Positions 27,523 through 43,371 of a DNA stretch of 64,000 bases are shown one piece after another. The translations under genes were made by a program, and so were the position numbers. Origin of the DNA: the human T2T-CHM13v2.0 reference genome, Homo sapiens. The notes under the pieces are model-generated. The model ran no database searches. It was not told the origin of the DNA and was given only the letters and a program-made list of their open reading frames with translations. Numbering within the stretch: position 1 is the first letter of the stretch; every line of letters begins with the position of its first letter. The stretch lies in the NCBI RefSeq assembly GCF_009914755.1, contig NC_060947.1, one strand, 5' to 3'.

Positions 27523-28021
27523 GAAGAAGGCAAAAATTTAAGGATAAAACTTTTGTTCTGTTTTTAATGTGTTGAGACAGTTTAATAAATATAAAAATAG
27601 GCAATAGGATATATAGGTCTCGAACTCAGAAAAGACATGTCACCTGGAGATATAATTTTCAAAATCATCTGTGTATAAGTAGTAATGAAACTATTCATAT
27701 GAATGAAATTATATTTTCTATAAGTAGAAAACAGAACAAAAAGACCCTATTTTGTGTTTTGAATAACTCCCATGTTTAATGCTGAACTTTCTATAGCGAC
27801 TTAGAAGAAGAGATAGAATCACAATAGAAATCCCAAGAACATTTGAATAAAACAAGAATGAGTGTTGTGAATAATTATTTACAGTCCTGATTTTATGTTT
27901 TTGTGAGTTTATTTTTCTTGTGCTTTTTAAATTAATAAATATTTATCAAATTTATATATATATCATTTTATTTATTTTATACAATTAAATACACTAATCA
28001 GAAAAAAATACTATACCCTCA

Positions 28022-28493
28022 TTATATTAGTTTCCTATTATCCCTGTAAGAAATTGCCACAAATTTAGTGGCTTAAAACAAAACGAATCCCTTATTTTAC
28101 AGGTCTAGAGGTCAGAAGTCTAAAATGAGTCTTCAAAGGTTAAAATCAAGGTGTTTACAGGGCTGGTTCTTTTGGAAGTCCTACATGGAAAATCAATTTC
28201 CTTGCCTTTTCCAACTTCTAAAGGCCAACCATATTCTTTAGCTTTTGGCCTCTTCCTTACTTTTCAAATACAATAACACAGCATCTTATCTCTTCTCTTA
28301 TCTACTTCCTCTCTTCTATAAAGATCTTTGTGATTATATTAGGCTTACGTGGATGATTCAAGATAATTTCCCTAACTGAATATCTTTAACTTAGTCACAT
28401 CTGCAAAGACCATGTTACCATGCAAGGCAACATATTCACAGGTTCTAGAGATTAGAATGCAGAACACTGTGGGGTCATTATTCAGCCTACCAA
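28022..28493 (-). mobile_element. MLT1C/D-type MaLR solo LTR
   Basis: TATTAGTTTCCTATT...CCACAAATTTAGTGGCTTAAAACA...GGGTCATTATTCAGCCTACCA. Confidence 0.85.
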
Positions 28494-28799
28494 AATAACT
28501 TCTGTTTCAGAAAATATATTCAACCCAATGTTCATGTAAAATGTACATCAGATACAACAATAGCATGGGTGATGTAGTCAAATTATGGAGGGCTCGAACA
28601 TTACTTCTTTGACTGTGAGTCATGAATTTACCAGGAAATAAGAGAGAGAAATAACTGTAAGGAAATTACACACATAGTTATTACTGCATATCATGGAGAT
28701 GGAAATATCAGACATTAGAACCTTGAAGGTGGGTTAGAAGTCCTTGAAATAGAAAAACCTTGAAATAACAAGGACTTGAATTTATGTAACACTTGAAGA

Positions 28800-29100
28800 A
28801 AGGGATTTAAGATAATTAATAGGAAGGACCTAATTGAATCTGACAACTCTACTGAGACAGAAAGAGTAGATTATTTCAAAACCGCTAGAGAGAGAGTAGG
28901 TTTCGGGATATAAGATGATGTATTCTGGTTTTGGCATGCTGAGTTGGAAGTGCTAGCAGAATATGTACATAGCCTTGTTCACCATAACACTGCAATAGTG
29001 ATTTGGATATCAGGAATTATTGCCAAAAAGATATTTAAGTCTTGCACTTAGAGGTTATAATTGAAGCCATAAGGATGCATAAAACCATTAAGGAAGTGAG
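28800..29100 (-). mobile_element. Degenerate L2 fragment
   Basis: TTCTGGTTTTGGCATGCTGAGTTGGAAGTGC...TAATTGAAGCCATAAGGATG. Confidence 0.5.
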
Positions 29101-30499
29101 AGAACAAAAGTTGTGTGTATACATATAGACACACACACAAACACACACACAAAGACCTGTTTATATGCCATTGTGAAAAATATTTACAATTTAGCTTATA
29201 TAGAATTTATGCGCCTTAATAGATAATACTACCTGAAAATGTGGTATGAACCTAAATCTAAGACTTAATGCAAAACCTTTGTAAAACAAGCAAAGAAAGT
29301 TTCTGATATTAAGAAGAAATACAAGAAAATATCATCCACAAAATAACAACCATCTTTACTGTGAAGGAGAATTAATATATTTGTTCATTGCTTTTCACTT
29401 CTGCAGATATAAGCCAGTTAACTTTTAATCTAGGACACATATAAATATCCATGGAGACTACAGTTACACAAATAACTTTTCCTATTCGACAGTGATTGAG
29501 ATCATAAAATTAGTGGCACTCAGCTGCTGTAGCTCTCTAGGCATATGTATTTCTGTCTTCATCAATCAGCTCTCTGCTAGGAACAAATGTATGGTTACAC
29601 TTTACACAGATTGCTCCATTGTTTAAAAAAAGCTATTTAAATAACTTAATGTTCAGTTTCACCACTTCAGGGTATACTTTGAGCTAGGTACATAACTATG
29701 TTAGTATATTATTTTATGTAACTTTTCTCTGGGGAGCATTTTTCCAATCATTCTTTCCTTTACACAGAATTTCGAAGAAATTTGGTTACTCTGTAGAGAA
29801 TGAAGTGAGAACCAGTGTTATTCATGTCACCCATTTTCACTCCAACTATTTTAGCTGCTGCTAAAAAAGATTAAGTGATTAGGACCTTGGAATATACAAA
29901 AATTTAATTTGAAGAAAGACAACTTCTATTTGTTATTTTTTGTTGTAAAAAACATACATGCTTATAACTAAAACTATTTTAATTGAACAAAATATTTGAA
30001 ATAGGTTGTGTTATTTAACACAATTTTTAATGCTGGTGGATTCTTTAATATTACAGATATTTCTCAAGCACAAATTTGTAATATAAGCACACGTATCTAT
30101 ACAAATACATAGTTAATTTACATTTCTGACAACTATAGTTCATGGAACTCAGGTCAACAAAACAGTTATAGAGAGAATACATTTTGCATTTTTCTAAACT
30201 TACATACTTGCACATCATTTTTCTTGGAAACTGTTCACTTCTGCAGTATCATAGCATGGAAATATTGGGTAGTAAATTAAAAAAAATGTTTGAATGCATA
30301 GCTCACTAATAATATGGCTTTGCCTTCTGTTATGATTTTCCTACTTGACACCTAAATAATTCACAACTGTCAACCTTTTTCCCAGCTATGACTTCAGGCA
30401 ATGTAGGTATCACTATGCTCATTAATACAGAAAAGAGCTGTCACCCAGAGAGGTTCAGGTATTTATGAAACACATCTAGGTTTCTGATAACTGAGCCAG

Positions 30500-31130
30500 G
30501 AATATAGACCTCACAGCAGGAATAAGGACAGAATATCTGCTCCCACCACTTTCATTAAATACTATCATCATTGTCTTAGCCAGTGAAATAAGGCCAAAAA
30601 TTAACAAAAATAAAAACTGAAAACAAGAAATAAAATTTTTTTGTGTGTGTATAACATTATTCAGTGCATAGAAAATGCCAAGGGATCTACAGAAGCTATT
30701 AGAACTAATAATTAAATTAAACAATGTCACAGAATACAAGATGGATATAAAAGTTCAATTGTATTTCTATATACTAATAATGAAGAAATAGAAACAGTAT
30801 TTACAATACAAAGAAAAAATGTATAACGAGAGAAGCATAAAATCTAAATTAATTTGAAAACTAAGAAAACATTGCATGGGGATATTTTTAAAAGTCAATG
30901 CAGAGGTAAACTATATACTTGCAAGGGAGGTCATAGTATTAAGATTGCAGTTTCACTGAAATTGACTAATAGATTCAGGCAACATTTACAACTTTTTTTG
31001 GAAGAAATTAACAAGCTTATTTATAGAACTTATATGAAAATGTCATTGACCTAGAATAGATTAAACAGTCAAAAAATAGAATAAAATTTTGGAGAACTTA
31101 ACACCACCCATTATAGAAAGTTAATGTATG
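30500..31130 (+). mobile_element. Old L1M ORF2 (RT) fragment
   Basis: CACCACTTTCATTAAATACT...TAGCCAGTGAAATAAGGC...GAATACAAGA...TTGTATTTCTATATACTA. Confidence 0.75.
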
Positions 31131-34100
31131 TTTTTACTTCCAGCATGACAGTATGAGGCGCTGTGCATACCCACTTCATAGTAAGGCTGTTGAAAATTAT
31201 TAAAAAAAAAAAACTACTTGAAGTCTCTAAGCCTTCTTTGAAGATTGATATCATGCTGATGGTAAAGAAGGAGATATCAGTCTTCATTCTCACAAACACA
31301 CAAATAAAACAATATGCACAGCTATCCACAAGCCAAAATAACCCCGTGAGTGCTCAAGGGCCAGTTTAAGAATCTGAAGGCACAGAGTAGTGCAAAAGCA
31401 AGCAAACAAACAAACAAAAAATGAAAAGGAGAATATCCACACTGAAAGTATCACTGGTGATAGCACACCTGAGAGGCCAGAAGATGGCTAGATACAAAGA
31501 AGAAAGGGGCATAGACTATTTGTGTCAGCAACATGGTAGGAACCACCATGGTCCTCAGGAACCTGCTCTGCAAAAGACCTAGCATGTTTTGTCACTGAGT
31601 TAAAAAAGAGTCATTCCCAATGAGAAGCCCCAGAGAGAGAAGTGCAGCTTCACACACCCCCAACTTAAGAGGCAGCAACAGTGGTGCTACTCTGAGACTG
31701 GAGCCATACACTCTTCCAGTCCTATTCATGCCCTTAACTCACCACCTCCTGCCCAATGGGCCATGGCTGTTCCGCAAGTACCAAGACTCCAGACCTCAGT
31801 TTTGTGACTATACTGTGCCTTCCCGTTTCTCAGAAACCAAAGCCATAGTCGTAACAAGCTAGTTTGCATCTTGTGCCCTGAAGCCAAGGTCTCTCTCTGG
31901 GTACCTGCACTCCAGTCACCAGCTCAGCTACTATAGACAGATCACGTGTGTACCAACACCAGAGCTTCTGAAGCAACATGCACTTCCATGCTCCAGATTC
32001 TGGCTCCAAGTTTGTGCTGTATACCCTCACACCTGCCCCTTAAAAACTAGAGCCACTGACTTAACAAGCTAGCTCACAGCCTGGACCGTGGAGTCAAGGT
32101 TTCTCTGAGTGTGTCCACATTCCATTCTCGAGCTCAGCCACTATAGAGGGCTAGGCCCAGCCCCAGACTCTAGAGCCATTGTAGCCCTGTGAATGCCTGT
32201 GCTCCCATCTTCAGTCCTACAGCTGCATCAAAGGTACCTGCAGCTCACACGCTGTTACCAATGTGGCAGGGGTAAGATCCCACACTCTAGGTACTGACAC
32301 TAATACCACACTGGACCAAAGAGCTATAATCCTCCATGTATGCCTGTGCTTCAGGCTTTGGCTCTATGGCTGCTCCATGGGTATGACTCATAGGATAGTG
32401 GCGTAAATCATTAGACACAAGTGTCACTGCCACTGTAAGCATGCTCATAAGCCAGAGGCGGTAGTAAGGGAGATACCCTTAGCCACAGCTTCCCATGTGG
32501 AGAAAAAGAATTCAGGAGGATCATAGCAGACATCACCACTAAAGACTTCAACAGCTCTCACAGCTTCTGAGGACATTCACAGCATTGGGAACTGAGGATT
32601 TCTGCAATCAAAATTGAACTCAGCAGGAAGAGCTCCACAGAGAATACATGGCTGCACCTTTACAAGTGAGAGACCCACTTCCCCACTGAGCCAGCACCCT
32701 CATACAGTTCCATAGAGGAAGGCTTTTTACCTACTGAAGCCACCCTATAAAGTCTAGAGGAGGTGATATTACACCAAATGCACAGACATCCTGTAAGGCA
32801 ACAAGAAGCAAGAAAAACTAAGGACAAATATCACCACCAAAAGAATATAATCATTTCCCAGTAGTTGGCCACAAAGAGATCTATAAAATGCCTGTCAAAT
32901 TATTCAAAATAATTGTTTTAAGGAAGTTTAGTTAACTTTAAGCAACACAGAGAAATGATTCAATAAATTCAAGAAAAAACTAAGTGGACAAAAGGAGAAA
33001 TTTAACAGAGAGATAGAAATAATAAAAAACAAATTCTGGAACTGAAAACAATGCACAAAATTAAAAATTTAATAAAAAATATCAACAGGAGACTAATCAA
33101 GCAGGAGAAATAATCTGTTAAGTTAAAGACAGATTATCTAAAAATATAGATTCATGGGAACAAAGAGAATAAAACAATGAAAAGAAATGAAGAAATCTTA
33201 CAGATTGATGGGACAGCATCAATAGACCTAAATTCAGACTATAGGAATTGAAAAAGATAGAGAAAAAGGGGCAGAAAGCTTAGTCAAAGAAATAATAGTT
33301 GAAAAATTTCCAAATATGGAGAAAGATATAAATATCCAGCTGCAGAAAAGTCGAAATTCTCCAATTGATGCAATATAAACATGACTACACCAAGATATAT
33401 TATACTTAAACCATCGAAAACCAAAGACAAGGAGTAGATCCTGAAAGCAGCAGAAGAAAAGAAGCAAATCACATATAAGGGAGTTTCAACAAGGCTTGCC
33501 ACCGACTTTTCAGCACAAACCTTACAGGCCAGCAGAGAGTAGGTTGATATATTCAAATTGCTGAAGGAAAACGAAAAGTTCCCAAACAAAATATATTACT
33601 TGGCAAAGCTTTCCTTCAGAAATGAAAAAGACATAAAGACATTCCAAGACAAACCAAAGCTAAGGAAGTTCATTATCACTGCACTGGGCTTGCAAGTGAA
33701 GCTAAGGGGAGTTTTTCAAACTGAAACACAACAGTGCCAATTAATAACATGAAAACATGATAGTATAAAACTCAGTGGTAAAAGTAAGAACAAAGTCAAC
33801 TTCATAATACTCTAATATTGTAATGGCAGCATGTAAATCACTTATATAGTTAGCATAAAGATTAAAAGACAAAAATATTAAAACAATAGCTATAACAATT
33901 TAAGGCATACACAATATAAAAAGCTGTAAATTGTAAATCAAATATCTAAAATGGGTCTTTATATGGGTGGAATAAAAGTGTAGAGAGGTCTAAATTAAGA
34001 AGTTATAAGTTTGAAATAGCTTGTTATAAATGCAAATGTTTTATGTAAGCTTCATGGTAACAATGAGGCAAATAACTATAGTAGGTACACAAAAGATTAA

Positions 34101-37100
34101 AAAATAAAGAATTAAACAATTCCACTAAAAAAATCATGTAGTCACAAAGGAATAGAAGAAGAAAAAAAGAAACAGAGGATGTACAACGCAGACAGAAAAC
34201 AATTGCTAAAATGACACCAGTACGTCCTTACTTATCAATAATTACCTTGAATATACATGGGCTAACTTATTCAATCAAAAGACAGAGTGGCTGAAGAGAT
34301 TAAAAGAAAACAGCACTTGACAATATGCTGCATACAAAAGATTCATTTCATCTTTAAGGACACACACAGATTGAAAGTGAAGAGATGAAAATATATATCA
34401 GGTAAATGGAAACTACAAGAAAGCAGTGATAGCTATACTTGTATCATATAAAATAGACTCTAAATTAAAACTATAAAAGGAGACAAAGGGGGTCACTGTA
34501 TAATAATAAAGGAGTCAATACATCAAGAGGATATAATAATTGCAAAAATATATACACCCAGAATCGGTACCCCTAGATATATACAGCAAATATGAATAGT
34601 TCTGCAGGAAGAAATAGACTACAATACAATGAAAATAGGTGTCTTCAATACTACAGTTTCAACAATAGACAGATCATTTAAAAGAAAATCAGTAAGAACA
34701 CACTGGACTTGTTATGCTTTAGAATAAATGAATTTAACAGGCAGATACAAAACATCACATCCAATAACAGCAAAATAAACACTCTTCTCAAGTCTACATG
34801 GAACATTATCCAGGATTGATCATATGTTGGGCCAAAAGCTACTTTTAAAAGATTTAATATTGAAATCATATCAAGTGTCTTTTCTGGTCACAGTGGTATG
34901 AAACTGCAAATTAATAGCAGTAGGAATGTAAGAAAAATCTTAGATACATGGAAATTAAGTAACATGCTCCTGAACCACTAATGAATCAAAGAAGAGATTA
35001 AGAGCAAATTAAAAATTATCTTGAGAAGAAGAAAAATAGAAACAGAACATGCCAAAACTTATGGAATGCAGTAGAAGCAGTTCTAAAAATGAATGTGATA
35101 TCAAAAAAAAAGAAACCCTCTTATTAGGTTCTTTATCTCAAATTAAGCAAATTTATATAGATTTATATTAATCTCGAGTAAATAACCTAATATTACACCT
35201 CAAGAAACTAGAAAAAGAACAAACTAAGCCCAAAGCTAGTAGAAGGAAGGAAATAATAAAGGTTAGAGCAGAAATAATTGAAATCAAGATGAGAAAAGCA
35301 ATGGAAAATATCAACAAACCTAAGATGTGCTTTTTGAAAAGATAAAACCAACTTTTAGCTAGACAGAAAAAAGAAGACTCAAGTAAATAAAAACAGAAAT
35401 AAAGGAGGAGACATTAAAACTGATTCCACAAAAATACAAAGGATCATAAGGCACTACTCTGAACAATAATATACCAACAAATTGGTAACCTAGAAGAAAT
35501 GGATAAATGCCTAGACCCATACAATCTACCAAGTCTGAGTAAGAAGATTAGAAAAAATGAACAGGCCAATAACAAGTATTGAGATTAAATCAGTAATAAA
35601 AACCTTTCCTGAAAGAAAAACCTAGGACCTAATGGTGTCACTGCTGAATTCTACCAAGCATTCACAGCAGAACATTTGGTTATCAAACTTCCAAATAATT
35701 GAAGAAGAGGGAATACCTCCAAACTCATCTTGCAAAGCCAGCATTATAGTGATACCAGAGCCAGACAAAGACACTACAGAAAAATAAAATAACACGTCAA
35801 CATCTCTGATGAACATAAATGAAAGAAAACCCCTCAATGAAATACTGGTAAACAAAATTCAACAGTTTTATTAAAAGCATCATTCACTGTGACCAAGTGT
35901 AATTTATCCCTGAGATGGAAGAATGATTCAACGTACGCAAATCTATAAACATAATACATCACGTTAACGAAATGAAGTACAAAACTATATGATCGTCTCA
36001 ATAGATGCAGAAAAAAGCATCTGACAAAATATAGCATTCTTTTATGATTAAAAACTCTTAACAAATTAGATTGAGAAGGGATTTACCTCAATACAATGAA
36101 GGCCGTATATGACATGTCTACAGATAACTTCACGCGTCACAGTAAAAGTGAAACACATTTCCTCTAAAATCAGGAATAAGAAATGGATGTCAACTCCTGC
36201 CACTTCTATTAAACATAGTGTCAAAAGTCCTCAGCAGAGCAATTAAACAAGATAAAGAAATAAGGCATCTGAATTGGAAAGGAATAAGTTAAATTGTCTC
36301 TCTGGGCAGATGACATGATCGTCTATACGGAAAACCCTAAAGGCTCCATCAATAAAACTGTTAAGCTTAATAAACAAATTTTGTAATGTTGGAGAATACA
36401 AAGTCAACATACAAAAATCAGTAGCAATTCTATATACTAACAATGAATTATTCAAAAAAGAAATTTTAAAAAACCCATTTACAATAGCTACCAAAAAATA
36501 ATGAAATACGTAAAAATATATTTAACCAAGGAAGTGGATAAATCTGTAAACTAAAAAAACATAAAACATGGATGAATGAAAACAAAACTAAATGGAAAGA
36601 GATTCTCTGTTCATGGATTGGAGTAATTAATATTGTAAAATGCCTATATTACCCAAAGTGATCTACAGATTTCATACAATCACCATCAAGATTTCAAAAA
36701 ATAAAAATATCTAAATTTTGTATACAACCACCAAAGATCCCAAATAGCGAAATTATTACTGAACAAAAAGAACAAAGCTGGATGCATCATACTACCTGAC
36801 TTCAAACACAATACAAAGCTATAGTAATCCAAAGAGTATAGTGTTGCCATAAAAGGAAACACACACACCAATGGAACAGAATAGGGGGCCCAGAAACAAA
36901 TCCATGAATTTATGGTTAATTTGTTTTTTACAAAGATTCCAAGAACACCAAATAGTGAAAGGACAGCCTCTTCAAAAGTCTCCGGGAAAACTGGATATCC
37001 ACTTGGAGAATAAAATTTAACTCTTGTCTCACATCATATACAAAAATCAACTTGAAATGGATTAATGACTTTCAACATAAGACTTAAAACTCTAAAACTA

Positions 37101-37378
37101 CTAGAAGATAACATTCATGAAAAGTTCCTTGACAGTAGCCAGGGCAATATTTTTTTTTTAATATGACCACGAAAACATGGACCACAAAAGCAAAAATAGA
37201 GAAATAGGATTATATCAAATTAGAAAGCTTCGCAGCCAAGGAAATAATTAACACAACACACAGAATAGGTCAAAATATTTGCAAATCATACATCTGATAA
37301 GAGGTTAACATCCAAAATACATAAGGAACTCATTTGAACAGCAAGAAAGCAAATACAATGATTAAAAATGGGCCAAGA

Positions 37379-37670
<292 letters not shown>

Positions 37671-37848
37671 AAAATGGGCAAAGGACTTGAATAGATATTT
37701 CTCAAAAGATCTCGTACGCATGCCCAATAGGAGTATGAAAAATGCTCAAAATCACTAATCTTCAGGAAAAATGCAAGTTAAAACCACAGTGAGATATAGA
37801 TGAGGTCACACCTGTGAGAATGGCTACTATCAAAAAGATAAGGATAGT

Positions 37849-38213
<365 letters not shown>

Positions 38214-39929
38214 TTACATTCTTGGTGGAAATGTAAATTGGTACTGTCATTATGAAAAGTAGTATGGAAGTTTTTCAAAAAAAAATTAAAACTATGATCC
38301 AGCAATTGCTCTACCAGGAATATTTCCAAAGAAAATGAAATAAGTATGTCAAAAAGATATCTGCATTCCCATGTTCATGTCAGCCTTATTCAAAATAGTC
38401 AAGTTATGAAATAAAACTAAGTGTCCATAATGAGATGATTGAATAATAAATGTATATGTTATATATATATATACAATGGAATACTATTCAGCCTTTATAA
38501 AGAAGGAAATCTATTTCTAGATAAAATAAACACCAAGTCATTTTAATAATCTATTTTTGAACATGATTTTGCTGTAAGGTCGGTTGACACACAGACTATT
38601 CAAAACATACTCAATATAACTCTCAGTTTACTCAGAGTTTTCATTTATGAGACTCCTCATTGATTAATCCCTGATAAATGAGCAACATTACTCTAGCCTA
38701 CATTATTTTTGCATAAACCCAAGTCACTTGTGAATTTTTGCATAGAAACACATCATTAATTTATTAATTTCTCTTTAAGTGACTCAAATAAAGGTAGATT
38801 TAGGGAATAGCAATGACTGTCCCTATTCTATAAGCCTATAACTTCTATTGTGAATTATTAGGGCCAGACATGCATATCTTTATCGTCAGCCTCCAAGTCA
38901 TTGATAAATAGATAATAGTTGTAGAGGGCATTAAACCATGTTCAAGAAGGAACTGCTGCTATTTGAAGCATGCAATAAACGTTTTACACCTACACCTATC
39001 ACTTCACAGTTTTACTGTTTGAAAAGTAATCCAAAGAGCAGAATGAAAAGTACATAAGGTAAATAAAGTTGATTACTTAATGTTAAGTATTACCACACTT
39101 ATCTATTTTCTCTTATCACCTATCTCTTTTTTTCTCCTTACCTCTAATGTAGAGAAATAAATGAAAATATAAATAAATATTTATGTGTTTATTTCCTGAT
39201 CTTCCCCCCTTTCTAGCTACCTCCATTCTGTATCCTTACCTCAGGCCATAATTTCCTTAATGAACTTCTCTGAGTTAGCCCAATCCTGAAAAAAAAAAAA
39301 AACTGTGTTCCAGGAAAAGCTTATTTTGAATGCCTTTCCAACTTTCTACTTCTAATTGACTTCCCACACAATCCTTAATTTTTTGATGTCCTTCTACCAT
39401 GTGATTTTTAACAATAAGTCTCTAGCATTCTGGATAAAATCTTCTATCTATCTTCTCTGGATAAAAGTTCATAGTTCAAGCTTTTTATCCCACTAAAAAA
39501 TAATTTTCAATATGCCATTGCTTTAAGGTCTTCCACTTAAAAATTGAGTAAAAAAATTATATGTTGGCTTCTGTGCTGGGATGTTATGGGGTGATATCTA
39601 TTGAAACACATTTGTAGTTTAACTAAGAAAACACCTTTTCCCAGGGGTTGTTTGGGGTAAACAGACCTCCTGTATGACCTCGGGTATCCATAAACTTGTG
39701 CGGGAAAAAGTAAAACCCTCTTTCCTCTACCATGAAAATAAAATTCAGATTTTCCTCTTATTATATAGGTCAAAAACAGTCTAACATATTAGGAGTATCT
39801 GTGATTGTCTGAGTGACAGAAAGATGGATATTGTTCAAATCCATTTTACCCATTGCAGATAAATGCTATTGGTGCTAATAACTTCTTCAAAATTACGATA
39901 GCAGACCCACTGCTGTATGTTTTTAAGTG

Positions 39930-40117
39930 AGTTACTTGATAAGTACATATATTACCATATCACATTTTTAGCATTTTGATAATTATATCAATACTTTTTT
40001 CTTTGAAATTTTATATACTTTATGATATGCATTTAAAATCACTATTCTCAGAAAGAATCCATTGGCTTCACCAGATGGCCAAAGTGGCTCATTGTCAAGA
40101 AAGGGTTACGATCCCTG
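39930..40117. mobile_element. hAT-Charlie MITE fragment (MER113-like)
   Basis: ATTCTCAGAAAGAATCCATTGGCTTCACCAGATGGCCAAAG...AAGGGTTACGATCCCTG resembles the MER113 terminus. Confidence 0.55.
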
Positions 40118-40224
40118 ATTTAATCTAAATACTGCACCTCTTTGGTGACAGTTAAAATATCACAGATGGTATGAGAAAAGGACAATACATTCTAGAGACT
40201 CATTTTCTCTGTCTATAGAATAGA

Positions 40225-40375
40225 CACTAGATTTACCTGGGGTTCGTTAAGAAATACTGATGCATGAACCTCACTCTATAGATTCTCATTGAATTTATCT
40301 GAGAGGCAGCTTGGACATGAGAATTTTCAATAGCTTCCAGGCATTTTTAAAGTGCAACAAAGGTTGATAAAAACC
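40225..40375. mobile_element. MER5-type hAT MITE
   Basis: CACTAGATTTACCTGGGG..TTAAGAAATACTGATGC...AGATTCTCATTGAATT...AGCTTCCAGG...GTGCAACAAAGGTTGA. Confidence 0.6.
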
Positions 40376-43147
40376 TAAAGGAAACACTGATGGCAAATAT
40401 TGCACACCAGCAAATGGTTCCTTCTTATGATAGGTGAGGCAACTGATATATATTTTAAGGGGTATAGTTTTAAGTGTTAATAACAGCAGAAGATTAAGTT
40501 GTAAACCACAAGAAGTATATTATATCATTCTCCACTTACCTTTAAATGCTCTTAAACTTCCAAAGGCTTTGTTAGTGGCAAAATAAAATTTTAAGGTAAA
40601 GCTTACCTATGTGTATATTTAGAGCTAAACTTATCAATTTTTCTAAATAAATTTTAATTAATTTTATGTGAAAATAAAATATATTTTTAAAGATAAAAAA
40701 CCATATGAAACAGTTTAATTTTATTTAATGGAAATAGAATCATCTCCTGACAACTTGATTATCATCCATTAAATTTTACAAGTTTCTAAGGGGAGATAAT
40801 ACCATTAAAGGGTGTAGATAAATAGATGGCTGGATAGGTAAAAGGATGAGTGGACAAAACAGATTGATAGCTAGTTAGCTAGCTAGTAGCTAGCTATTTG
40901 TATCACGTTTAGCAGGTTTCTTACAATAGATCTTTTCATAAAACTGCAACCAAGTTAATAAATGGACACTTTTTATTGATATTTATTGTAATTAGACACT
41001 TCGATAAAAGCTATGACAAAAGTTATCTCTAGTTTTGATGAACACTGTGATTATGCAAATAGCAAACAGCTTGATGAAAGAATTAGATCATTTTTTGGAA
41101 GTTGACAGATTCCCTAGAATGGGAGCAGAGTTTCTCTTTTCAAGGGTGAGGGAGAAATATTGCATTGACTAATACAAGGTACATCATGTCCTGACTTCTA
41201 ATGATATGCATTCAAAAGGTACAGAATATGTGCTTCAGTGCTATGGAAAAAATTATGTTTTTCCTTAAAGTTTCTTATATGCTGGCTCCATGACTTTGGT
41301 AAAATTAGAATTCAGTTGTAGTTTGTATTAATTAGAGGAATATTTCAAGAAGAAACTTAAAAAATAAATAAGAAGGGGAAGAATCTTAGAAAAGAGTAGG
41401 AGGCATGGAGAAGTGAAATAAATGATTATTGAATAAGCATGTATGTTTTAAATATGAACATTATATTCTATAATTTAATGTAAAAATCAATATAATGGGA
41501 GATTTTGATAACAGAAAGAATACTGTAATTTCCAAATTCAGGATATGACACTGTACCAAATCAATGTTCAGTTAAGGGTTAAAAATAAATTTATACGTAA
41601 GGATTTTCATGAGTGCTTTATTTTGTAAAATTTCCTATTTAACAGAAATTTTATCTGAATTCATAACAAATCATTTGCGTAATAAAGAGAAACACCAGTT
41701 AAATATTCACATAATAAAATTTTGGCTCAAACACCATAATGTTCTTATTTATATACATTTTCTTGTAGATAAGAAGAAAACTAATCTGTGACAGAAAGAC
41801 CATAGGTTCACTTTTGCAAATGGAAATGCTACGTGTAATGTTTCCTTTGGCATTTCTCCTATGGCTAAGTTCATTCTGAATTTTACTTTCAAAAGTCCAT
41901 GCTGCTCCTTTGAATTTGTTATTGGATTATGTGCCTGCATTGTATATGTCATCTATGCTATATGCCACTATGATACTCCTTTCTAGTGGAAGCTATTCTA
42001 TTCAAAACCCATGATGGTAGATAATCATAATGTATGTGCCCCCTACACTCATGCCACTTTGGCCAGAACTAATTGGATTTGGAAGGGGCTATTGACCCAA
42101 GAGCTGTAAAATTCCTTTTGAAGTCTGGCTCAATAAGAGGAACTGAAAAAATTACAGTAAATTTTCAAAATTTGCACTAAGAGATATAGAAGGAATCTGC
42201 TAGTTCATATTAAAAATTGTAACTAAATAGTTATAAGGGAAGATGAAAACGGAGAAGTACAAGGTAGACTTCAAAGACAGAAGGAAATACAAATTATTAA
42301 CTATCATAGAAGGCCAATTGGTAGCGTAAAATAAAGAGGCATGTAGGTAGAATATAGTTGAAAAAGATTACTAATGGAACATCACAGCAAAGCTCCCCAA
42401 TTTTTGCTGCAAAATTTCCTAAAGCTACATTAATTTGGAACCAGACCCTATCTCCTTTCTGGAAACCATTCTGGAAGGCCAATACTAAAAAGGCTTATTA
42501 TCTTAGATTTTTATAAATTGTTTTCATAACAACTCTCTATTTGTATCAGTTTTAGTGGATTTACTTTCTTTATAATGAAAAGAGACAATGAAATAGACTA
42601 AAGCACTCTTTTTCCCATTTGCAGAATTTCAAGTGGGAAAAGACTACTATCAACATACACACACATACACACACAGAATACGGCATTATAACTTTTAATG
42701 TGTTTATTGCACATATTTTTGGGAAATAAGGAAGCCACAAAATATTGGACTAGTTAGAGGATGCTTCACTTGAGGTTAGCTTGGCCTCTGGTGGTGACAC
42801 TATCCAGACACCTCACCAGATCTGAGCTGCTACACCACTGTGATATTCTTTTGTACTCTGGCGTTAACTAAATGGATTGAGAAATTAAATAAATTTAATT
42901 ATTTAAAATTTATACAATAAAATTTTAAATATTTTTGTGATAAACTTTATAAAACTAAAATTTCAAGTAAAATTTTGTAACCTAACAGATGTTAACTACC
43001 AAAAATCTATAGAGCTTAACTACCAAAAAACTATAGCAAAGTTTACTGTTAGTAGTATAAATCACAGAAGCATTTCTTTAAATAACAAAAAAAAATAGTA
43101 ACTTAAATTCCGGCTTATGAAAACTTCTAAACCAAACTGAAAAATGA

Positions 43148-43331
<184 letters not shown>

Positions 43332-43371
43332 ACTAGAGCTAAATTTTACTCCATAGAAAGTGCTGATCATC

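Noticed and set aside
31600-32480. GC-richer repetitive block as a gene promoter or coding exon
   Set aside because: It lies directly upstream of and colinear with a decayed L1 ORF1, consistent with an old L1 5' UTR with internal repeats; CpGs are depleted
40530-40610. Two minus-strand AG|GTAAG donor-like motifs (ACTTACCT, GCTTACCT on plus)
   Set aside because: No convincing acceptor or reading frame; such motifs are expected by chance in 64 kb
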